Shown: positions 1 to 13,239 of the stretch, piece after piece | Layout: the number at the start of each line of letters is the position of its first letter | Position numbering within the stretch: the stretch's first letter is position 1 | Source: Octopus vulgaris | Lineage: Eukaryota | DNA length: 64,000 bases | Direction of reading: 5' to 3' | NCBI GenBank assembly: GCA_951406725.2 | Contig: OX597823.1 | Location: 22,134,001-22,198,000 of the forward strand | Position numbers and translations under genes: made by a program | The notes under the pieces: model-generated | The model's database searches: none | What the model saw: the letters and a program-made list of their open reading frames with translations, nothing else | What the model was told of the DNA's origin: nothing

Positions 1-81
1 ATATATATATATATACATATATATATGTATATATATATATATGTATATGTATATGTATATATATATATGTATATATATATG

Positions 82-157
<76 letters not shown>

Positions 158-178
158 TGTATGTATATATATATATAT
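1..178. repeat. (TA)n/(TATG)n microsatellite
   Basis: Directly visible dinucleotide run. One of dozens of (TA)n, (CA)n, (TATG)n, (TCTA)n, (TAA)n and (TTC)n tracts in the window. Confidence 0.95.
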
Positions 179-311
179 TATATTAAATTAGAGATAAAAC
201 CACTATTAGGCAAATCAAACAGTGAAAAACATAAGCCAGTACATGTATTGGCATGTTTTTCACTGTTTGATTTGCCTAATAATGGTTTTATCTCTAATTT
301 AATATAATATA
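174..311. repeat. Near-perfect palindrome (~135 bp fold-back)
   Basis: Left arm tattaaattagagataaaaccactattaggcaaatcaaacagtgaaaaacat is the reverse complement of atgtttttcactgtttgatttgcctaataatggttttatctctaatttaata (1 mismatch). The centre gccagtacatgtattggc is itself nearly palindromic. Confidence 0.9.
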
Positions 312-1389
312 TTTACACTATAAAATTGGATTTAATCCTAAATCTCATTTTTCCCTGTAAGTTTGGATTTATTCCCTAATATTATATACATATATATGTA
401 TGTATGTATGTATGTATATATAAAGAGCATATATGTATATGTATGTTTGTATGTCAGTGTGTTTGCGCGTGGGCGTGTGTTTGTATGTCTGTGTATACGT
501 GTATGGTGTATGTGTATATATATGCATATAAGTGTATTATAGACATATGCATATACACTCACACATACACACACACACATATATATGAAGCGAGATAGAT
601 TGCCATTTAGGTAGATAATTAGAAAAATAAATAAATACAGGTATGTGGAGAGTGGGAGGGAGATAAAGAGGAAGCGAAAGAAAGAAACAGGCAAAACAAA
701 AACAAAAAAAAAAGATTTATGATTAACAAAAATAATGAAATCTGTTGCATGTGTGAAATAATAGTCGATGGACAGAGCTTCCGGTTAAACTCTATCGTGA
801 ATATAATAAGAAAATACGAGGAAAATCTATAGAAGCAGAAGCTTAATTATTAAATTTATTACGTGGTGGAATGAACCGGTTTACAATGGTTAATATAACA
901 TCGTGTTATTGCAGTTAAGCGATGTAAATTGTCAGCGATACGGAAAACGCAATTTCTCGGCGGTTGTATATAAAATGCGTCGTGGTAGCATTAAAAACTA
1001 ATAAAATTCTCTATTGTAATAATGTAGAATTGTTTGTAACGCCACGACCATCAAAGCATCACAACCACCACCACCACCACCACCACCGCCGCCACCACCA
1101 CCACCACCACCACCACCAGCTCCATCACCACAGCTATATATAGCACCAGCAAAGACAACCATATCCCGTAACTCCAACAAAACAATCACTACAAACAATC
1201 TTCACACCAACATCTGCAGCGACACCCGGACCGCAACAAACATAACCACCATCGTCGCCACCACCAGAATTACTACCATAACAACAACAACAACAGCAAC
1301 AACAACGTAACAGCAACAACAATTATTTAAATGGCCGTTAGTTATCTTTCTGGTCTAATGGCGTTAAGTGGACGTAAAAGGTCTCCTGC

Positions 1390-1780
1390 AAGCAAAAACG
1401 GAATGTAAATCTGACATTTTCAAAACATCTAGGACCTACTGCTGGCTGCAAAATGAAATGGATCGAGAAGAATTAAGTGTTTGGCCAAAATACACAATAG
1501 ATTCAGTAGTCTTTCTTTGCTAGCATTTTCTGATAGGCACACACAAATGCACAGAACTGGCACATCGTATAGGAAAAGGATCACATCAACTTTAAACGGA
1601 GTCTGGATAGATTCCTTCAAAGAATACCAGATAAACCACCCATAATTGGATACAACTCACCCAACAAGAACTCACTACTTGAACAAAACTTGACTTAAAC
1701 AGGATTCGAATAATCCTATCAGGTGGTGCTATTAAGTTAGACATGGCCTGGACCAATCTTTGGTCGAAACATATCTAAGT
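1390..1780 (+). mobile_element. 3' end remnant of CR1-like LINE (same 3' UTR as 60483-62620)
   Basis: Contains caggtggtgctattaagttagacatggcctgg, identical to the 3' UTR of the RT-bearing LINE at 60.5 kb. Degenerate KRSLDRFLQRIPDKP lies upstream. Confidence 0.8.
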
Positions 1781-1864
1781 TTTTATATACATCTATGAGT
1801 ATATTTAGCTCGTCTGAAGAAACGCATATGTATATGTATAAATATATATGTGTGTGCGCACATA

Positions 1865-1982
1865 TTGGCCTGCTCGCTTAGCCAGCGGGGTGGCGTCATT
1901 TGAAGGCTAAAACTATGCGAAGTGCATTGTGACCAGCGATGTGTAGCAACATCTGATAGCTTTGTCGGTCACGGTGATCACG

Positions 1983-1986
<4 letters not shown>
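1865..1986 (+). mobile_element. Body fragment of tRNA-derived SINE family C
   Basis: ttggcctgctcgcttagccagcggggtggcgtcatt... matches the reverse complement of the body of the SINE at 53755-54045. Confidence 0.75.
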
Positions 1987-2051
<65 letters not shown>

Positions 2052-2059
<8 letters not shown>

Positions 2060-2592
2060 TTTGTATCGTCTATCTGGATGTTTTGTTGTCCCTTTTTTGT
2101 ATCACCTAGTTGTCCGGATGTTTTGCGTTCTTGTCCCATTTTGTATTTTATTTTATATATATGTAGTGGCGTACGTACACTTTGTTCTCTTATATGTAAG
2201 TACACATGTCACTAAATTTTGTACTTTTTCAACCTTTTCACACTTCGTTCTTGCTTTCTCTCCCATCTCTCCCATTTCTTTGCCTTTCTTACTCAGTTTT
2301 CACTTCACTATGTCCCTGTCTCTTTTTTTTCTCGCCACTCCTTGATTCTTCCGTCTATCTACTTCTACACACACACACTCTCTCTCTCTTCTCCCCCTCC
2401 TTAATTCCTTTGTTCCTCTTTTTTTCTCTCTCTTCTTTTCTCACATGACCGATTGGCCGACTGCTAGCCCTTTTGCGTCTGACCATGGTCACTGCCACAT
2501 CAATATTCTTCCCTCTGCTGTAAAGCTTCATTTCCACACACGCCTGTTGAATTCAATTCGTCTCCAGTCGAAAGACGCCTGTTGTTACGTCC

Positions 2593-2656
<64 letters not shown>

Positions 2657-2961
2657 GTTATTGTATTTTTGTATTTGTATTCGTGTAACACCGTCTGTTT
2701 CTCCGTCCTTGTTTTCGTATACATTCGATGCTTTTTTCCAAGGAATCTAATGCTCTTAGCTTAGTTTTTCCTTGGGGCAGGCCAGACTGGAGCAATCTCA
2801 AGATTAATCAGCCGAAATTGCGAGGATGATCCGGTTCTTGACTGAAGATAAAAGGCTTCGAATGACCCGCCTTGTTTTTTTGTATCGCCTATCTGGATGA
2901 TTTGTTGTCCATTTTTGTATCACCTAGTTGTCTGGATGTTTTGCGTTCTTGTCCCATTTTG

Positions 2962-2968
<7 letters not shown>
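2052..2968. repeat. Dispersed repeat with ~95-bp direct repeats (2052-2150 and 2875-2968); related copy at 42011-42200
   Basis: gtatcgYctatctggatg...tcacctagttgtcYggatgttttgcgttcttgtcccattttgtatttta occurs twice. cagtcgaaagacRcctgttgtta occurs at 2565 and 42011. Confidence 0.65.
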
Positions 2969-3016
<48 letters not shown>

Positions 3017-3727
3017 CATGCATACATACATGCATACATACATGCATACATACATACATATATACAGGGTGCGTAAGATATTTGTGGACAGACTTATGTT
3101 TATTAAAAAAATAGATGTATGATAACAGATAAATTACTTTATTTAGCAAAACATGCTATGAGGATAAAAAGGAACCTTCTTTTCTATAATGTCATTCAAT
3201 AAAATCATCTTCAGCTTTAAGAATTGCTTCTATATGAGATCTATATCATCTACATGCTCGAATCAAGTGGTCCTACTTCCTTTTGGACATTACTCTGACT
3301 ATGGCAGCTTTCGAAGAATCTTTGGTGTTGTGTGGGTGTTCACTGACCTCTCTGAACATCGCTCCACATAGTTAATAATACACCTTTGGAAGAGATAAGC
3401 AGACATTTTTATTTAAGAAATATTATTGTACTCTCTATAAGTATAGATTGGTGAATACGAATTCCTAATTTTTTATTTTGTTAATGATAATTTAGATATG
3501 TACATTTATTTAATTATTATTATTTTATAATTATTATATCTGAACGTAAATTTTAAAATATTAGTTAGTCACTTTGTGATTTAGATCGTAAAATGTTTTA
3601 ATATATTTCTAGTACTATAACATTTAATAATAATAGTAATAATAAGTATTTTATAAACGATAAGTTATACGTTTTTACTTTAGAATTTGTCATTTCTTAT
3701 TTTTTATTCCATAAATATACATGTATA

Positions 3728-3948
3728 TGGCAGAAACGTTAGCACGCCACGCGAAATGCGTAGCCGTGTTTCGTCTGTCGTTACGTTCCGAGTTCAAATT
3801 CCGCCGAGGTCGACTTTGCCTTTCATCCTTTCGGGGTCGATAAATTAAGCACCAGTTACGCACCGGGGTCGATGTAATCGACTTAACCCCTTTGTCTGTC
3901 CTTGTTTGTCCCCTCTATGTTTAGCCCCCTGTGGGCAAAAAAGAAATA
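3728..3948 (+). mobile_element. tRNA-derived Nin-domain SINE (family B)
   Basis: A-box-like tggcagaaacgttag, B-box gagttcaaattcc, Nin-like gcctttcatcctttcggggtcgataaattaag, tail aaagaaata. Confidence 0.85.
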
Positions 3949-3992
3949 ATATGTACGTGCGTATGTGTGTGTGTGCATATGTATGCATGTGT

Positions 3993-4032
<40 letters not shown>

Positions 4033-4968
4033 TTATGCCGAATTCTGTTTGGATGAGTGTTGAAGCTGAATGTTAGTTGTCAGTGAGTTATGGCAAATGC
4101 AAATCTACAAAAGTTCTGAATGATGTCAATGCCAAAATTTCTCCAGTTTCTGTAGCTATTTATAACAATTTTAATTCCCTGGGGAACTGGAATTTCAATT
4201 CCCATTGTTGCCATGCTGTCTTGTACTCTGCTATTAATTCTTCATAATGATTTTCGCTTTTTTAAAATAGGTTTCCAAAATAAAAATTATTGTTTAACAG
4301 GTGTATTTTTATGTTCTTACCGTATATTTACCTATATAACTTTTGGGTTGTTCCCAAAATTTATTTTCGTGAGACCCAATTTTATCTAATTCTGTGTATT
4401 TTGACCTATTATTGAAGACAGTTATATACGTTTGTTGTTGTGATCATTTGAATATCTTTAAGCATTTGTTCAGTGTATCTATAGGAAAAGTAATAATTAT
4501 TATTTTTCACGAAGTGTTTTCTACTTTTTTCTACCATGTTATTTTACCCGCTTTGTTATGAAGAACGTATATTTTAAGCCTCAAATTAATGTTCCAATAC
4601 ATATAGGTGACTCATATATTTTGTTACCATATATTGTTTCCTTAATCATGCACTTTCTGTTACATATATACAAACACACATGATTAGTCTAATTCATTTA
4701 TATCTGTGGTTATTGTTATATTATAATGGAGAATGTTTCTTTTTACACCTTCTATAACGAATCTTGTTGTTTATGCTCGGTTATGTACTAATAATTATTT
4801 CGTTTTATGTTCAGAAGACTACATTATTGTGTCCAATCTTGTTTACATAGGTATTGATGTAGATTTGTCAACCACTTCAAGAAGGTTAAGCGACTATTTG
4901 TAAGCCTTCTGTTATAGTTCGTATATCTCTTTACCAAAGTTGGTTTCTCGGAGTGGATTTTCTAAAAT

Positions 4969-5046
4969 ACTTTTATTCATATGAGGTAATGTAGCCAATT
5001 TGGAAATATTTTATTCATATGAGTTAATGTAGCCAATCTGGAAATC
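4969..5046. repeat. 38-bp tandem duplication
   Basis: ttttattcatatgagKtaatgtagccaatYtggaaat occurs twice in tandem. Confidence 0.85.
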
Positions 5047-5197
5047 TGTTGGTACATGCATCATCAACGGTAGGATGTGGTCGTATTTTAGTAGAAGCGC
5101 TTGCTAGGTTTTTTATGAAATATGACCATCGCTTTCTCGCGAGGTCCGTTACTAGGAGTATTTACAATATCAATATTTTTAGTATCAAGATGATCAA

Positions 5198-5820
5198 AGG
5201 TGGTGGGCAAGCAGATTCGTTACCACGTCAAGCAAAATGCTTAGCGATATTTCGTCCATCGTTATGTTCTGAGATCAAATGCTGCCAAGGTCGACCTTGC
5301 TTTTCATCCTATTGAGGTCGATAAAATAAGTACCAGTTAAGTACTGAGATCGATGTAATCGATTTTCTCCATTTCCCAAATTTGCTGGCCTTGTGTCAAA
5401 ATTTGAAATCAATATCAAGATTATCGAAGGCGGCGAGCTGGCAGAATCGTTAGCACGCCGGGCGAAGTGCTTAGCGGTATTTCATCTGCCGTTACGTTCT
5501 GAGATCAAATTCCGCCGTGGTCGACTTTGCCGTTCATCCTTTCGGGGTCGATAAATTAAGTACCAGATACGCACTGGGGGTCGATGTAATCGACTTAATA
5601 CCTATGTCTGTCCTTGTTTGTCCCCTCTGTGTTTAGCCCCTTGTGAGTAATAAAGAAATAGGTATTTTGTCTGCCCTTACGTTCTGAGTTCAATTCCGAC
5701 ACTGCCTTTCATCCTATCGGGGTCCATAAAATAAGTACTAGTTGAGTACTGGGGTCAATGTAATCAGCTTAACTCCTGACGCGAATTTGTTGGTCTTGTG
5801 TCAAAATTTGTAACCAATAT
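5198..5820 (+). mobile_element. Tandem family B SINEs (monomer plus dimer)
   Basis: Three Nin-domain units, with tatcaagatKatc-like target repeats at ~5183, ~5413 and ~5818. Confidence 0.85.
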
Positions 5821-6570
5821 TAAGATTATCGATTGCATTAGTATTTCCTTACAGCCACGTTAATCTTCTCTTATTTAAAGCGTTACTAAATACATTCTAA
5901 TAGTCACGTTTTACAGTTTCAATTTCTAACTTCGTCAAATGGTGTCCTTGTTAATTTGCGCATTGTCGGTGTGGCTGAAAATGTATTTAATTTTGATCGA
6001 TGATTCTTTATCCGGTGCAAGAATTTATCTACATGTAGTTATTTCCAGTATCAACACATTGATCGTCTGTATGATGTGGGAACCTTTACAACGGTCTTGA
6101 AGTAGCATCGAACGCCGCCTTTATTCGATTCCTTTGCACAACGCCTGTATGTAGTTATTTTTGGATAATGTTATCACAAGTTTATCCTTTACACTGGAGA
6201 TTCCTGAGAATCCAAACAAGCTTCTGTTGCTATATGCATTGTAGAAGTTGACTGTCTTCGTAAAAAGTACGTCTGATGAAATATGTTAAATATATAATTT
6301 GAGAGATTTTTTTTTTAAATATTCAAATCATTGATATATCCGCAACTGATTAAAAAAGAAAATAAATTTTCTAGACATTTTCTTCGGATTACTCTCCTGG
6401 GCGTTTCAATATATTACTACAATACGAACGAAGAAAAAATTGGACATTTTCAGACATCAAAACTTTGATTTTGTTTATTTTCAATCTAAAAATAGCTACC
6501 ACTAGTCAGAAAGGCGTTGCTACAAAAACCCTCAGTTGATATTACAGAAGAAAACAAAAAAATTACTTAA

Positions 6571-7183
6571 CCCTTCAGCATTCAGATTGCCCTATCAAAT
6601 ATAATACTTCTTTTTCCAATTAGCTTTGAATTAATCCTGCATCATCTCATAGTTTTGAGGCGTAGGAGTGGCGGTGTGGTAAGTAGCTTGCTTGCCAACC
6701 ACATGGTTCCGGGTTCAGTCTCACTGCGTGGCACTTCGGGTAAGTGTCTTCTACTATAGCCTCGGGCCGACCAAAGCCTTGTGAGTGGATTTGGTAGACG
6801 GAAACTGAGAGACGCTCATCGTATATATGTATATATATATGCATGTGTGTATATGTTTGTGTGTCTGTGTTTGTCCCCCAACATCGCTTGACAACCGATG
6901 CTGGTGTGTTCACGTCCTCGTAACTTAGCGGTTTGGCCAAAGTAACCGACAGAATAAGTACTAGGCTTACAAAGAATAAGTCCTGGGGTCGACTTGCGCA
7001 ACTAAAGGCGGTGCTCCAGCATGGCCACAGTCATATGACTGAAACAAGTAAAAGAGTAAAAGAGAAGAATATGTAATTGCTTATTTTTGCAATGAGCAGG
7101 TGTGAGGGGTCACGTTTGGACAGGCTGAGCATAAAACATGCAGAGTTATTTGGTTGGTCATCGTCGGACTAAAACTTAAAGGG
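6571..7183. mobile_element. piggyBac-like MITE carrying a nested SINE
   Basis: Termini TTAA|cccttcagcatt ... aacttaaaggg|TTAA. Confidence 0.55.
6658..7065 (+). mobile_element. tRNA-derived CORE-type SINE (family A, OR-like)
   Basis: Head ggcgtaggagtggcggtgtggtaag...ggttcagtc, CORE-like gtggcacttcgggtaagtgtc, internal microsatellite, tail ggcggtgctccagcatggcc...gaaacaagtaaaagagt. Confidence 0.9.
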
Positions 7184-7609
7184 TTAAGGATATAGAAAGC
7201 ATAAACATTTTACATGAGGAAAGTAATGCATTTTTGACACTACACACATTGAAGACAATATGATGTATATATTCTTTTATTTGTTTCAGTCATTTAACCG
7301 GCCATGCTGGAGCTCAGACTTTAGTCGAACAAATCGACTATCAAGGGCTTCAGTTTCATTACCACCGTTATTCACAATGTTTTGTTTTTTTCATTGTCAC
7401 TCATATGAGGTAGCGATTATCAGGTTGCGCAGTTACCAGTATTTTTATTTTGAAACTATCACTAGATGTATCATCAACCAGGACATGGGGAGATTCCAAC
7501 CGTTTCTTTCATTATTATTATTATTATCATCTGATATTATTATTTTAAATTTTTTTACTATTTGTCGTTGTTAATATTTCCTCTGATCCGACATGGGTTT
7601 TGGCTAAAT

Positions 7610-7618
7610 TATTATCAT

Positions 7619-7678
<60 letters not shown>

Positions 7679-7690
7679 CACTACCACTAC

Positions 7691-7782
<92 letters not shown>
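7610..7782. repeat. (CTA)n-(TTA)n compound microsatellite
   Basis: Directly visible. Confidence 0.95.
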
Positions 7783-7783
<1 letters not shown>

Positions 7784-8970
7784 GGCGGTGAATAAACAGA
7801 ATCGTTAGATGCCAGAAAAATACTTTGTCATTTGTTTCTTGAGATTCTGAATTCAAATCACACATTTGTCTTTGAACATTTCCGTCTCTATGAAATCTAG
7901 TACTATCAAGTACCGTATGCGATTTAATCGATTAAATTCTCTCATTATAGTTCAGGGCGTGAGGCTGAAATCGGGACAGAGGACTGAAAGAATCATTAAA
8001 GTGTCAGAGAAAAGCCTTGCGGCTTTTTCTCCGGCTTTTAAGCTTCTGAATTCAAATATCGTTGAAATAAACTTTACTTTTCATCCCTCCAGGGCCGATA
8101 AATTCAAGTCTCGGCCAAGTACTGGGATCAATGTTGTCGACTAACCCCATACGAATTAAGCTTCTGGTTCTGTACCTAAATTAAAAGCTAAATGAATTGC
8201 TGGAGTGTCTGACAAAATCCGTTAATTACGTTTCTTTATATATGGGGTTCAAATTCCGCCGACTGTCCTCTCCAGTAAAATCTGAGAAATTATTGTTATT
8301 ATTATTGTTAACTTATATCGGAAGGCGGCGAGGCGGCAGAAGCGTTAGCACGCCGGACGAAATGCGTACCCGTATTTCGTCTGTCGCTACGTTCTGAGTT
8401 CAAATTCTGCCGAGGTCGTCTTTGCCTTTCATCCTTTCAGGGTCGATAAATAAAGTACTAGTTACGCACTGGGGTCGATGTAATCGACTTAATCCGTTTG
8501 TCTGTCCTTGTTTGTCCTCTCTATGTTTAGCCCCTTGTGGGCAATAAAGAAATAGGTATTTCGTCTGTCTAAGGCGGCGAGCTGGCAGAAACGTTAGCAC
8601 GCCGGGCGAAATGCTTAGCGGTATTTCGTCTGCTGCTACGTTCTGAGTTCAAATTCCGCCGAGGTCGACTTTGCTTTTCATCCTTTGGGGGTCGATTAAA
8701 TAAGTACCTGTTACGCGCTGGGGTTAAAATAATCGACTTAATCCGTTTGTCTGTCCTTGTTTGTCCCTTCTGTTTTTAGCCCCTTGTGGGTAGTAAAGAA
8801 ATAGGTATTTCGTTTGTCTTTACGTTCTGAGTACAAATTCTGCCAAGGTCGACTTTGCTTGTCATCCTTTCGAGGTCGATAAATTAAGTACCAGTTGCGT
8901 ACTGGAGTCGATCTAATCGACTGACCCCCTTCCCACCAAATTTCAGGCCGTGTGCCTAGAGTAGAAAGGA
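7783..8970 (+). mobile_element. Cluster of old and young family B SINEs, including nested copies (8323-8970)
   Basis: Repeated ggcggcgagctggcagaa heads and Nin domains. ggtatttcgtYtgtct flanks the 8572-8802 copy. Confidence 0.85.
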
Positions 8971-9456
8971 TTATTAATTTATATCACGTCAAAAATTGGA
9001 TACGCTGTTTTTCTCGCAATATATTCTGTTCACTTCTCATAGCAATCAATCTAACTCGGTTTGGTAGGTTTATGAAACCGAAATATTCTTACATGGTATA
9101 TAAAAATGATATTGTGAGTGAGAGGCGTTACATGTCTCAGTGAAACAATTAGCGGGCATTACACATTAAAATATTAACCCCCTGTCATCAAATTTCAGCC
9201 TTTGCGCCAACAATCAAAGCAATTATTAAAGCCTTGGATTGTCAGAATCGCTATTGTCAGTTCCGGCTCTTTATACTCTGAGGTCAATTTTTCTTTCTTA
9301 TTAATTAATTAATTAATTAATTTATAAATTTATTTTGTATTTCTATTAACATAATTTACCGGTACAACGAGGATAGTATCCCATATAAAAAGAACCATCG
9401 ACCACGACAGCAACAAGAATAACCACACTGGCAACAATTGCAACAGCAACAACGTC

Positions 9457-9640
9457 GGAGACGCAATGGCCCAGTGGTTAGGGTAGCAGACTCGCGTTCG
9501 TAAGAACACGGTTGCGATTCCCAGACCGGGCATTTTGAGTGTTTATTGAGCTAAAACCACCTAAGTTCCACGAGGCTCCGGCGGGGAGGGGGTGAACCCC
9601 GATGTACTCTTTCACTACAACTTTCTCTCACTCTTTCTTC
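9457..9640 (+). mobile_element. tRNA(Arg)-like SINE family C, 3'-truncated
   Basis: ggagacgcaatggcccagtggttagggtagcagactcgcg...cgattcccagaccggg with A and B boxes. Confidence 0.8.
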
Positions 9641-11359
9641 CTACTTCTGCCACAAAGCAGAGGAACCATGGTGTTAACACTATGGTGTGGTAAACTTTCA
9701 GACCCTAGACTAGATTGCGAATCCTCTGTACCCCAGGATGGTTCAGCTCTCCACCTGTTAAAAGCCACCGTTTATAGAATGAGGATAACAATGTAGCTTT
9801 CGCGCCCGTGCAACCGCCAGTCTATCGCGTGTGGTCGGTGGATCTTCAAGTTGCCACACGCATTCTTAGTAGCTTAGAGTAGGCTGGAATTAGAGGTTAT
9901 TCTTTGTGGCTAATGGCGTGAATCCTGATTAGAAGAAGACAGCAATAGCAACGACACTATCACCACTGCTCTCATCACTGCCACCATCACCACCAATCAC
10001 CATTGCCACCGACACCATCGATATAAGCGCCAACAACAGCAGCCAACAAGAACCTTCAGGTGGTTGCTTGATTTGCAAGAAATAGCAACTAAATCGCCCT
10101 CAAATTACACTCGATCCTTTTAAAAAGTAAAGGGCGTTACTCATGCATTATGTCTGAGAAAAAAAGCAGATGGTATGGTCATGACAAGAAGAAGAAGAAG
10201 AAGAAGATGAAGAAGAAGAAGAAGACAGCAACAACAGTGATCCCAAATAACAACGTACCACGTCGCTATTTCTTGTTTATTACAATGATATTCACCTACC
10301 TAATCAAGTTTCAAAAAATTTTGAAAAATACATTGCTTAAAAGATACTTCATTAAAACACGCAATCAAGTACGGTGGGAGGATATACATCTTGTATAATA
10401 CAATCATTATTTGAAACTGTTTTGGGAAGACTACTCTTGCCTAATGGACTATTAAAAATAACTACTTTCGAGGTTGGTCAGTGCTGTTCTTTGTTTTACT
10501 TCTTTTTTTTTTTTTTAAAATTTCAGCATTGACTTTGTGTGAAGGTAAATGGTATGCATAGTTATCAGGCACAATAACAGCAAACAACAAGAAAGCACAA
10601 AGTGCTAATTGCTGATAAAACTTCTTGATGTCTGTGTTTACAATTTTTGTGTAATAGTTATTAACTAAAATAAAACTTTTTGATGTATGAAATTATAACT
10701 TTCCATGACAGTTTTAAAAAAGTTCGGAAGATGAGCACTGCTGGCTGGGTATAATATATTGTAGTAGTTTTATTTGTGTGCATCAACAAGAACAAAAATA
10801 AGAAAAAAAAATAACGCATTATCTATTGTTTTTACCTGTTTTAGCCATTAGACTGCGGCCATGCTGTGGCGCAGCCTTGTTGAATAAAAAAAAAATTTGC
10901 GTAGGGTACGCATAAAAATATATAAAAATTATAAGTAAATGCAGAACGACATATCTTTATTTCACATGTCTCCACATTTTCTATCACACACGTTCCCCCG
11001 CACTCTCTCTCTCTCTCTCTCTCTCACTCTCTCTCTCGCGCACACATATACAATTAAATGGAATGAACCAAGAAGCATAACAAATTTAATGGATGAAATG
11101 TGATAGGTAAGAAATGCAGGCGAGCCTTTGAACACAACATCCTGAACCTAATAAAGAAAATAATACACATAACTTATTTTAACACTTTGAAAAACGCTTT
11201 AAAGAACAATTTAAAGCATTACCATAACTCTGGAAAACTCAGGCGAAAACAAAATTATGACGTTGTGAAAGTTACCCCCCACAAAAACCTTTAAGTAAAC
11301 TAACCCATCAATGTCTCATTTTTGAGAGAGGCTTTACAAAGACATGCTACAATCACTGA

Positions 11360-11590
<231 letters not shown>

Positions 11591-11649
11591 TGTTTCTCTG
11601 CCAAAAATTCCCTTCTTTCGATGGCGCTAAATAGATAAAGCGTAACGGA

Positions 11650-12620
11650 CCAGATTACAAACTCTTCTATGGACTGCTTTGATGGAGCTGAAATCTGCAA
11701 TATTCTATAATCATTTATTTTAGATAGCCTGCTAACTAAATTTAGTATAATAGAAGAAAGCTGAACAGAAATGGCCGTCTGATATTAAAAGGCAATACAA
11801 ATGACCACCAATTAGCCCAATTAGAAAAGATTTAACACTTTTAGAAGGTTTGATCTTAGAATTACTGTGAATATATTTATTTTAACGTATAATATCTGTA
11901 TACTAATCTTTGAATATACGTATACTAATCCTTGAATATATTTATACTAACCCTTTAGAATATACACTCTTTTACTCTTTTACTTGTTTCAGTCATTTGA
12001 CTGCGGCCATGCTGGAGCACCGCCTTTAGTCGAGCAAATCGACCCCGGGACTTATTCTTTGTAAGCCCAGTACTTATTCTATCGGTCTCTTTTGCCAAAC
12101 CGCTAGGTGACGGGGACGTAAACACACCAGCATCGGTTGTCAGGCAATCCTAGGGGGACAAACACAGACACACAAGCATATACACACACATACATATATA
12201 TATACATATATACGACCAGCTTCTTTCAGTTTCCGTCTACCAAATCCACTCACAAGGCATTGGTCGGCCCGGGGCTATAGCAGAAGACACTTGCCCAAGA
12301 TGCCCAAGATACCATGTTGTTGGTAAGCAAGCTACTTACCACACAGCCACTCCTGCGCCTATATGTGAATATATTTATAATAACCTTTTAGATGTTACTC
12401 TGGCTCTAAGCAACAACCCTTATGGAAAAACCTAACCACGTCATACGTTACATTAACAAAGACTGAAACGGCCAACTAATATTCTGGAGAGTTTACGCTA
12501 AAATATTCGGAAGAAGAATTTCTAAAATATTATCAAATGGAGAGTCTTTTAATCGTGCTACTGTGAGGCTTAGCAGAAACTGCTTCACTGACAAGATCGG
12601 AATTATTCCTACACAAAGAT
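11650..12620 (+). pseudogene. Penelope-like element RT remnant (resembles Naiad/Neptune type), interrupted by a SINE
   Basis: Degenerate translation MDCFDGAEIC (cf. MGSYDGAEVC), then LLDVTLALSN..KPNHVIRYINKD, PTNILESL and RRISK, which are motifs of PLE RT. Confidence 0.7.
11966..12361 (-). mobile_element. Family A SINE with ~27-bp target-site duplication
   Basis: Near-full reverse copy, flanked by tgaatatatttatactaaccctttaga (11933) and tgaatatatttataataaccttttaga (12366). Confidence 0.9.
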
Positions 12621-12749
12621 CCTCAAATGCTGAAATGTATGTGTGTATGTATGTATGTATGTATGTATGTATGTATGTATGTATGTATGTATGTATGTAT
12701 GTATGTATGTATGTATGTATGTATGTATGCATGCATGTATGTATGTATG

Positions 12750-12831
<82 letters not shown>

Positions 12832-12859
12832 TGAGATGATGTGTGACTGTGTGTGTGTG

Positions 12860-13020
12860 TTGTTGCTTATGTATGTATATGTTTGTGTGTCTGTGTTTGT
12901 TCCCACCAACATCACTTGACAACCGATGGTGGTATGTTTACTTACAAAGAATAAGTCCTGGAGTCGATTTGCTCGACTAAAGGCTAAAGGCAGTGCTCCA
13001 GCATGGCCGCAGTCAAATGA
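12860..13020 (+). mobile_element. Family A SINE 3' fragment
   Basis: cttgacaaccgatg...gtgctccagcatggccgcagtcaaatga. Confidence 0.8.
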
Positions 13021-13037
13021 CACACACACACGTATAT

Positions 13038-13104
<67 letters not shown>

Positions 13105-13143
13105 GTATGTGTATATATATATATACATACATACATACATACA

Positions 13144-13174
<31 letters not shown>

Positions 13175-13239
13175 GTACATACATACACACACACACGCAC
13201 ATATATATAATTGTGCAATGTGAAAATGGACAGCAATGT

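Noticed and set aside
2836-2875. CTGAAGA...GAAT hammerhead-like string
   Set aside because: No GAAA box, and stems I-III do not form.
3064-3460. TA-cagggtgcgtaaga start resembling a Tc1/mariner TIR
   Set aside because: No matching opposite TIR or transposase motif found.
4050-5150. AT-rich stretch with faint retroelement-like peptides on the minus strand
   Set aside because: Too degenerate to assign without a profile search.
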